Source: a virus (taxonomy: Duplodnaviria > Caudoviricetes). Taken from it: a stretch of 29,513 bases of DNA. Positions 23,885 to 29,513 of the stretch are shown here, piece by piece. The stretch is taken from IMG/VR virus record IMGVR_UViG_3300032103_000051, positions 1-29,513 of that record; one strand, written 5' to 3'. The notes under the pieces are model-generated. The model did not search any database and was not told the origin of the DNA. It worked only from the letters and a program-made list of their open reading frames with translations. Position 1 is the first letter of the stretch. Each line of letters begins with the position of its first letter. Both the position numbers and the translations under genes were made by a program.

Positions 23885-24754
23885 ATGTTTACTATCGATC
23901 AGATTAGGGCGACGATTGGGCGCGATGCAAAGCCGCGCCAAGTCTATCTAGATGCGCTGATCGAGCATGGCGATATACTCCGACGATATGGGGTCACCAC
24001 TCCGGCGCATGCCGCGATGATCCTTGGTCAGGTCTGCCACGAAACGGGCGACCTGACGATCCTGACCGAAAACATGAACTACCGAGCCGAGCGCATCAGT
24101 CAGGTTTGGCCGTCTCGACCGGAGGCGGTGAAGTATGCAGGCGATCCGCATGGGCTGGCAAACAGCGTCTACGGCAGCCGCATGGGGAATCGGCCCGGAA
24201 CGATGGATGGGTATAATTTTCGCGGGACCGGCCTTGCGCAGCACACTGGACGCGATGGCTTTGCCGCAATCTCCAAGATCAGCGGAATAGATTTCCTCTC
24301 CCGGCCTGAGCTTCTGATCACTGACCCGCCAAGCGCGGCTCATGCGTTGGGCGCATTTTGGCGCTGGAAGCGGCTCGGCGAGGTTTGCCCGGACACGTCT
24401 GAGGCCTCAATTATCGCAGTGACAAAGCGCTGGAACGGCGGGCAGATCGGACTGGCTGACAGAATCGTCAAGGTCCGACGGGCGGCAAAAGCCATGGGGC
24501 AGACACTCCCGCCGATTCGGACGACGCCTCCACTCTCGACCGTCAGCCGCGAGGCGACCGGTGCGGCTGGTGTCGCAGCCGGTGGCGCGGCGGTCACCAC
24601 TTCCAGCCACGACCAGGCGGCAGGACTAGCCCTAGTGGCTGTCATGGCGCTTGCGGCAATAGGTGGTGTAATGATATATCGTATCAATAAAACTCGCAAG
24701 GCGCTCAAGGAAGCGGCGCGGATCGAGGATGAACAGGCGGCAACCAATGAGTGA
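23885..24754 (+). CDS. Endolysin, glycoside hydrolase family 19, with C-terminal hydrophobic helix
   Basis: Q..HETG catalytic motif, ENMNY, FRG.G..Q.TGR, T..WNGG..GL.DR. TM-like AAGLALVAVMALAAIGGVMIY. Confidence 0.88.
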   Translation: MFTIDQIRATIGRDAKPRQVYLDALIEHGDILRRYGVTTPAHAAMILGQVCHETGDLTILTENMNYRAERISQVWPSRPEAVKYAGDPHGLANSVYGSRMGNRPGTMDGYNFRGTGLAQHTGRDGFAAISKISGIDFLSRPELLITDPPSAAHALGAFWRWKRLGEVCPDTSEASIIAVTKRWNGGQIGLADRIVKVRRAAKAMGQTLPPIRTTPPLSTVSREATGAAGVAAGGAAVTTSSHDQAAGLALVAVMALAAIGGVMIYRINKTRKALKEAARIEDEQAATNE

Positions 24755-25283
24755 CTGGGGGCAGATCGCAGAAAAGCTCATTGCGCAGGGGGCGCCTACG
24801 CTTGGGGCTGCGCTTGGGTCGGCGGTTGCTGGCCCGGCGGGTGGCGCTATAGGTGGTGCTATCGGTCAGGCTCTAGGCACTGCATTTGGTGTCGAGCCGA
24901 CGCCGGCTGCGGTCGGTGCGGCTATCGAGGCCGACACTTCGGGGGCAGTCGTCAAAAATCTGGAAATCGACCGGGCAGGTGAATGGCTGGCCTATTTGAC
25001 TGCAACGCAGGCGATGTCGGCCGAAATGGCGCGCATCGAGCTACAGTCCGGAAGCATGTTCCGCGCCGGGTGGCGTCCTGCGCTTATGTGGCTTTGTGGC
25101 GGTCTTCTGGTCTGGTGTTGGGTACTTGTGCCGACTATTAATGCAGCGCTTAAGGCAAGTATTGCCACTCCTGATTCTGCAACACTTATTACCGTTATTA
25201 GCGTATTTGCCGGATTGTACATGGGCGGGCATACGGTTAAAGATGTCGTGTCCACGTGGGTCCAAGCAAAGGGCGCGAAGTGA
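24747..25283 (+). CDS. Holin (3TM/GTA-holin-like)
   Basis: Start MSDWGQI, Gly-zipper N-terminus, GWRP motif followed by two TM helices. Adjacent to the endolysin. Confidence 0.75.
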   Translation: MSDWGQIAEKLIAQGAPTLGAALGSAVAGPAGGAIGGAIGQALGTAFGVEPTPAAVGAAIEADTSGAVVKNLEIDRAGEWLAYLTATQAMSAEMARIELQSGSMFRAGWRPALMWLCGGLLVWCWVLVPTINAALKASIATPDSATLITVISVFAGLYMGGHTVKDVVSTWVQAKGAK

Positions 25284-25594
25284 TGGTTATTGACTGGTCC
25301 TTTACTGTCGGAAACCTACTGACCCTGATGGCGATGATTGCCGGAGGTGTGACAATGTACGTCGGACACGTCCGGGTGCTCGACAGCGTGCGGCATGACG
25401 CGGCCCAAGCTCGCCAGCGCGCAGACGAGGCTTACTCGACGGCAACGAGTGCCGTCAAGTTGCTTGGCGATTGGCGGCTAGATGTCGAAAAGAACTTCGC
25501 GACAAATTCTAGTCTAGCCGCTGTTGAAGATCGAATCGTCAAAGCAATCGACAAGCTTGGCGACCGGATCGACCGAGCCATGTCGAAAGGCTGA
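25280..25594 (+). CDS. Small membrane-anchored coiled-coil protein (lysis cassette)
   Basis: GTGA-coupled start, N-terminal TM segment (TVGNLLTLMAMIAGGVTMYV) and helical C-terminus. Confidence 0.65.
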   Translation: MMVIDWSFTVGNLLTLMAMIAGGVTMYVGHVRVLDSVRHDAAQARQRADEAYSTATSAVKLLGDWRLDVEKNFATNSSLAAVEDRIVKAIDKLGDRIDRAMSKG

Positions 25595-25761
25595 CACTTC
25601 ACGAAAAGTTACGTGCTAGTATATACATTGCGGCGGGGTAGATAATAAGCAACGTATACACATACAACGTAGACTTTTTACTGAACCCTTTTGATTCTGT
25701 CTGAATGAGATATGCTAGGTTTCCAAACCAAAGGCCAAGCATGATATCAGCGTAGATCATT

Positions 25762-26223
25762 TTACTTCCTCCTGTAACCTATCACTCGTGACATTGGATA
25801 TTGGGCGAGCGCGAAGCGCCCGCCGTGATTGGCGCTCCACACCATAATGTGGGGGGAATTGGCACTATCTATCACCCCCACATGTCCGCATGTGCGACAC
25901 CTTCCGCGCGACATGATGACGATATCGCCTCGCATCGGGCTGGCGACCGGCCTTCCCCATGCCAGAAAAGAGCGCGCCATGTCTGAGCCTGTTCCCGCTA
26001 CATTCGCCCGACTCATGACATAGTTCAAGCCGCGCGCGCACCATTGGCGAGGCCAGCCGGCTTTTCGGCCTTGTCCTTCCAGTCGCCTAAAAACACCAAT
26101 CAAATCAATGCTTTGACCAACATTTGATTGGGTTTTGATCGGATAAGCATCGGCGGATCTATCCTCGCTCATGACGGGCGAGGACAAACCGATGATGAGC
26201 CATAGTGCAATGAGGCGCCTCAT
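25762..26223 (-). CDS. Secreted CHAP/NlpC-like peptidase (TIGR02594-like)
   Basis: ATGA-coupled start MRRLIALWLIIGLSSPVMS (signal peptide). WCA catalytic Cys, ARSFL.WG, GDIV...RG, GHVG catalytic His, S.N. Confidence 0.78.
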   Translation of the reverse strand: MRRLIALWLIIGLSSPVMSEDRSADAYPIKTQSNVGQSIDLIGVFRRLEGQGRKAGWPRQWCARGLNYVMSRANVAGTGSDMARSFLAWGRPVASPMRGDIVIMSRGRCRTCGHVGVIDSANSPHIMVWSANHGGRFALAQYPMSRVIGYRRK

Positions 26224-26543
26224 TCGGCGCCTTCCTCTGCGAGGTCGCACCCTTCATCGGCCGTCGCAATCTCATACTCAAGCAACGTGTAGCCGATACC
26301 ATCGACAATACTGTCACGGTGATCGGGTGTACTGAGCCGGCGCCCCATTTTAAAGAGCGTCATCATGCGAGCGACATCGAGCGCGCTGATGATTACATTA
26401 TCATAGCCATTCGCGCGCAAGTATCCCTGCCACAGATCAGCAATGGCAGCGAAAGACCGCTCCGGCGATCCGTAGGTGTCGCGACGGTCGCCAGACACAA
26501 TCCGCGCAGCTTCCTCGGCGATGGCGTGCAGGTTTTCGGTCAT
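26220..26543 (-). CDS. DUF6378-like phage protein
   Basis: R...YG.P..SF..IA.LW, DVA.MM.L.K..R and H.DS.VD..GY pattern. Confidence 0.75.
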   Translation of the reverse strand: MTENLHAIAEEAARIVSGDRRDTYGSPERSFAAIADLWQGYLRANGYDNVIISALDVARMMTLFKMGRRLSTPDHRDSIVDGIGYTLLEYEIATADEGCDLAEEGAE

Positions 26544-26546
26544 TGT

Positions 26547-27017
26547 TCACCCCTCCATCTTTGCCGGCACCGGTCGCGCAGGCTGATCCTGATATTTGCC
26601 ACAATATGGCCTATCAGTCGGCTGATCCAACCGCTCAAATACAATCTGAGCAATCGGAGTGCCTGCCCGAATATAGACGGGCCACGGCAGGCATCGCGTA
26701 AGCTCTACGGTGAGATAGCCAAACCAGCCCGGCTCAATGATCGTGTTTTGGACAAAAATGAACCGGCGCGCATTGGTACTTTTATCGAGCACGCGCGCGC
26801 ATATGTCATGCGGCAGCGCAAGCCATTCCATGATCACGCCCAAGCGACCAGCACCCGGCCAAAGCCACATGCCATGTGCAAGCCGGACGTCATAGCCGCA
26901 TGCCGATAGACCATAGCTGAGGCCATGGGCTTGCTTCTTTTCTAGGCAGTGCGGCTCAATCCTAAGGCGCAACCGCTGCATTTCATCGATGATTGTTTGT
27001 CTGGCGAGGATTGTCAC
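26547..27017 (-). CDS. dcd: dCTP deaminase (trimeric dUTPase superfamily)
   Basis: GLS..GYDVRL, KST.AR, T.IEPGW.GYLT.EL, G.PIAQI.F and Y.GKYQDQ motifs. Confidence 0.88.
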   Translation of the reverse strand: MTILARQTIIDEMQRLRLRIEPHCLEKKQAHGLSYGLSACGYDVRLAHGMWLWPGAGRLGVIMEWLALPHDICARVLDKSTNARRFIFVQNTIIEPGWFGYLTVELTRCLPWPVYIRAGTPIAQIVFERLDQPTDRPYCGKYQDQPARPVPAKMEG

Positions 27018-27219
27018 TTTTGTCTATCACCGTTTTTAGCGTGCCTCTCTCGGCACGGAATTCAATGTCACCAACCCGCCAACATGTGGCGCCGGTCGAT
27101 AGCTGTTCGCCAATCATATCATACAGTTGTCGGCGGATTGCGTGCACGTCTATCCCGTGCACGCGCTCAAGAAACCGCAACATGGCATGATCCGTGATGA
27201 CCGGAGTAAATTTCGGCAT
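26983..27219 (-). CDS. Small hypothetical protein with ITDHA.LRFLER motif
   Basis: The TDHA..R..ER pattern is typical of small RelE-fold-like phage proteins. Sits within the operon. Confidence 0.65.
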   Translation of the reverse strand: MPKFTPVITDHAMLRFLERVHGIDVHAIRRQLYDMIGEQLSTGATCWRVGDIEFRAERGTLKTVIDKSDNPRQTNNHR

Positions 27220-27221
27220 CG

Positions 27222-27584
27222 TCAAATCTCTACACCATAGTCTTCATACGACCTCCAGAGCCGTGAGGCATCTCGCATGATGCCGAGACCTATGTGCGTC
27301 TTGCAGGCGAAGTCGATTAGGTCTGAAGACCAGATCATCGGAGAAACATCGTGGAGATACTCGGCGATGATGATGGAAGCATCAAGCGTCACGTCTTCGA
27401 CGGCGAACGTCGTCGGATCAAGCCGCATGACACGAACGATGGCCCCGGGATTAAGCTGAAGGATCGCGTCTTTTACGGTCCACTGCTGTTCCGTGCCGGT
27501 TTCGGGGATATACCGCCCGCCGCTCCTGGCGCACCGCAATTCGATAATCCAGACGCCGAGAGTGTCCTTTATGATTTTCGCCAT
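27222..27584 (-). CDS. Hypothetical protein (120 aa)
   Basis: GAGGGA RBS and own promoter cassette at 27600-27641. Confidence 0.7.
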   Translation of the reverse strand: MAKIIKDTLGVWIIELRCARSGGRYIPETGTEQQWTVKDAILQLNPGAIVRVMRLDPTTFAVEDVTLDASIIIAEYLHDVSPMIWSSDLIDFACKTHIGLGIMRDASRLWRSYEDYGVEI

Positions 27585-27599
27585 GGTCGCATCATCCCT

Positions 27600-27641
27600 C
27601 TTTGATGATTGACTATTGCACCGATCGCAATGCGTTGTCAG
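27600..27641 (-). promoter_or_regulatory. Promoter overlapping the end of the methyltransferase gene, with TTGC-N7-GCAA box
   Basis: On the - strand: CTGACA, 18 nt, AATAGT. GTGCAATAGTCA is shared with 28851-28862. Box at 27616-27630. Confidence 0.6.
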
Positions 27642-28503
27642 CAGACATTATGCGGTGTCCGATCCAGCGCATGACGGGGACTGCCATCGAGTTTCCAATT
27701 GCACGGTAGCGCTTTGCGTCTGTGGCGCCATGTATATCTGTGTGTCCATCCGGAAACCCTTGCAATCTTTCATATTCTGTAGGTGTAAGCCGTCTTACTT
27801 TATTTTCAGACTCGACAACAAAAGCTTCTGAGTCGAAATCTAGCCTCAACCCATGCGCAGTAAGAGTTGGTGATACGTTTATTTTTTTCTTGCTACTGCC
27901 ACCAAAATACATCGGAAATACTTCGGGTCCTTCCGCCTCCTCTTTTTCATGCGTCTTAGCATGCCTCGGCATGCCTTCGCGCTCAAATAATACCGCTGCG
28001 GCAGGTCTCCAATCTCCAAGATATCCGACAACGAATACACGACGGCGGCGCTGGGGTACTCCGAAATACTGAGCATCAAGCACTCGGTAGGCGAACCCAT
28101 ACCCGCATTCGACCAGGAGCCGGAGGAAGGCACCGAAGTCCCGTCCTCCATTGCTGGACAGGACGCCGGGGACATTTTCCCAGATGATCCAATCGGGGCG
28201 CAACCGGCGAGCCAAGCAGCAATATTCGATGGCCAAGTTACCGCGCGGGTCATCCAGCCCGAGACGCTTTCCGGCAACGCTGAATGATTGGCAGGGCGTT
28301 CCGCCGACCAAAAGTCTAATTGCGTCATATTGTCCATCCTGAATTGTGGTGAAGTCACCATGGAGCGGCACCTCGGGGAACCGCTGCGTCAGCACGGCCC
28401 GCGCAAATGGGTCTATCTCGGACAAAAAAGCGGCGTGCCAACCAAGCGGCTCCCAGGCCACTGATGCGGCTTCAATCCCGCTACATACACTGCCGTAGAT
28501 CAT
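27613..28503 (-). CDS. DNA (cytosine-5) methyltransferase, orphan
   Basis: Motif I SVCSGI, IV GGTPCQSFS, VI ENVPG, VIII QRRRRVF, IX RRLTP.E.ERLQGFP, X GNS. GAGG RBS before ATG 28503. Confidence 0.93.
   Translation of the reverse strand: MIYGSVCSGIEAASVAWEPLGWHAAFLSEIDPFARAVLTQRFPEVPLHGDFTTIQDGQYDAIRLLVGGTPCQSFSVAGKRLGLDDPRGNLAIEYCCLARRLRPDWIIWENVPGVLSSNGGRDFGAFLRLLVECGYGFAYRVLDAQYFGVPQRRRRVFVVGYLGDWRPAAAVLFEREGMPRHAKTHEKEEAEGPEVFPMYFGGSSKKKINVSPTLTAHGLRLDFDSEAFVVESENKVRRLTPTEYERLQGFPDGHTDIHGATDAKRYRAIGNSMAVPVMRWIGHRIMSADNALRSVQ
27879..28361 (-). CDS. Nested alternative-frame ORF resembling the M.EcoHK31I beta polypeptide N-terminal region
   Basis: Up to 160 codons open in a second frame on the same strand, containing WSNAGM...EYPS....SLSDILE....YYLS..AC.G.LRR. 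Resemblance is from memory and the start is uncertain. Confidence 0.55.
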   Translation of the reverse strand: MVTSPQFRMDNMTQLDFWSAERPANHSALPESVSGWMTRAVTWPSNIAAWLAGCAPIGSSGKMSPASCPAMEDGTSVPSSGSWSNAGMGSPTECLMLSISEYPSAAVVYSLSDILEIGDLPQRYYLSAKACRGMLRRMKKRRRKDPKYFRCILVAVARKK

Positions 28504-28517
28504 GTTGACCACCTCTC

Positions 28518-28556
28518 AAAAAAAGCCCCACGTCGCTATCAAAAGCGCCATGGGGC
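28518..28556 (-). terminator. Rho-independent terminator directly upstream of the methyltransferase RBS
   Basis: On the - strand: GCCCCATG-G-CGCT-TTTGAT-AGCG-A-CGTGGGGC followed by T7. Confidence 0.7.
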
Positions 28557-28623
28557 CAGTTGTCCGGTCTTGGGCTAGGGCTAGACGGAGGAGAACGGCC
28601 CCGCTTGCTTCCGGATTCGTGAA

Positions 28624-28827
28624 TTACTTCAAGATGCTAGCGCACGTGCCGACGGAATGCGTCTCGACACATTGCCGCATTGCGGCGGACTGGCTTTCAA
28701 TAAGCCAGCCCATGACAAATAGCATGGACAGCAGACAAAATGCCGTCGCGAGTGAAAGCATGATGGAAATCCGTTCGGTCCGCCGTGCACGATTGCGCAT
28801 GCTGTTAATTTGGTTATAGTCGTACAT
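28624..28827 (-). CDS. Small membrane protein (67 aa, MYDYNQ...)
   Basis: GGGAG RBS in the shared leader, one TM segment (ISIMLSLATAFCLLSMLFVMGWLI). Confidence 0.65.
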   Translation of the reverse strand: MYDYNQINSMRNRARRTERISIMLSLATAFCLLSMLFVMGWLIESQSAAMRQCVETHSVGTCASILK

Positions 28828-28834
28828 CACTTCA

Positions 28835-28940
28835 TCTCCCTTGTTGATGCTGACTATTGCACGTGGCGCAACGCATGTCAACTGTCTTTTTCAAATTATA
28901 GCGCTTGACGCAATCTGCAATTTGATGCACATTGCGCAAC
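28835..28940. promoter_or_regulatory. Divergent promoter pair with operator boxes
   Basis: Minus strand: TTGACA (28881-28876), 17 nt, AATAGT. Plus strand: TTGACG (28905), 17 nt, CACATT (28928). Boxes at 28857-28871 (perfect) and 28925-28939 (one mismatch). Confidence 0.75.
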
Positions 28941-29171
28941 ATGAGCACAGAACTCCGCACTCTCATTCATTCGCGCGGCCTTACTCCGGCTGAGGTCGCG
29001 CGCGAACTCGGCGTCCATCCGTCGCAGGTCACGCGATGGTGCGACAAACGCGACGTGCCGCTTGACCGGCTTCGCCCTCTATCGCGATTGCTCAATGTGC
29101 ATCCGCTCATCCTCAAGCCTGAGCTTGCGGATTTGCTCGACGGCGCAAGTAATCGAGAATCTGTCGGCTAG
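28941..29171 (+). CDS. Cro/YdaS-like HTH transcriptional regulator
   Basis: TPAEVARELGVHPSQVTRW helix-turn-helix, then VP..R and L.PEL motifs. No RBS, and the ATG sits at the predicted TSS (leaderless). Confidence 0.8.
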   Translation: MSTELRTLIHSRGLTPAEVARELGVHPSQVTRWCDKRDVPLDRLRPLSRLLNVHPLILKPELADLLDGASNRESVG

Positions 29172-29466
29172 CATCCGTCGCGCCATGTCCGACGATTACT
29201 GTATGGCCGACTGATTCCAGATACTCGATAATTGCCCGTTGTTCAGGCGAGAGGCGACCGCCTTTCGCCTTTTTCATTTCGATCCACAGACACCAAGCCG
29301 GCACAAACAAATCAGGCACGCCAGCCGTAACCCCTTCGGCTTTCAGCGTTTTCGCCGTGCTGACTGATCTGTGGCCGCCGTTCGGTATGGCAAAAATCAC
29401 AGTGTGCGGAAATGTCGCGCGAAACCACGCGACAAGCCCTTGTTGCTCTGATGACTCACTGGTCAT
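29113..29466 (-). CDS. VRR-NUC (PD-(D/E)XK) nuclease, Holliday-junction-resolvase-like
   Basis: SE..EQ, AIPNGG.R, EGV.AGVPDL, IEMK...GRLSPEQ motifs. Confidence 0.88.
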   Translation of the reverse strand: MTSESSEQQGLVAWFRATFPHTVIFAIPNGGHRSVSTAKTLKAEGVTAGVPDLFVPAWCLWIEMKKAKGGRLSPEQRAIIEYLESVGHTVIVGHGATDASRQILDYLRRRANPQAQA

Positions 29467-29513
29467 TGCCCGGCACCGGCTGCGGGCCAGCACAGGCCGG
29501 GCCGGCGCCGCGG

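Noticed and set aside
25595-25761. AT-rich gap between convergent operons as attP, dif, res or telomere site
   Set aside because: Only a short CAACGTA duplication and a weak TGTATA resemblance to dif. No long palindrome, no XerD arm and no recombinase in the window.
1-29513. Alternative genetic code or stop-codon recoding
   Set aside because: Core genes are full length in the standard code, all three stop codons are used, and there is no suppressor tRNA.

Overview
The whole window reads as part of a tailed-phage (siphovirus-type) genome. The host is most likely an Alphaproteobacterium, judged from the tRNA-Ile2 body, the IS remnant and the style of the tail genes. No integrase, host housekeeping gene or CRISPR array is visible. 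Positions 1-4420 form an accessory/regulatory region with small early genes driven by near-identical promoter cassettes, an origin-like iteron/IHF/AT-rich locus (~800-1245), two candidate structured ncRNAs, five tRNAs that all read A-ending codons, and a decayed IS1-family/P63C remnant ending in a chimeric tRNA fragment. Positions 4475-25594 (+) carry a complete morphogenesis and lysis operon: TerS, PBSX-type TerL, portal, scaffold, capsid, neck, tail tube, frameshifted tail chaperones, tape measure, tail tip, three fibre/receptor-binding genes, GH19 endolysin and holin. Positions 25762-29513 are mostly on the - strand: CHAP-like peptidase, DUF6378-like protein, dCTP deaminase, C5-DNA methyltransferase with a nested alternative-frame ORF and VRR-NUC nuclease, plus a Cro-like HTH gene on the + strand. 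The most novel signals are a tRNA-shaped RNA whose anticodon arm is replaced by a pseudoknotted domain (3011-3161), a TTGCR-N5-YGCAA operator found at five promoters and in the putative origin, and the Leu/Arg chimeric tRNA scar. All product calls come from motif recognition by eye, not from database searches.
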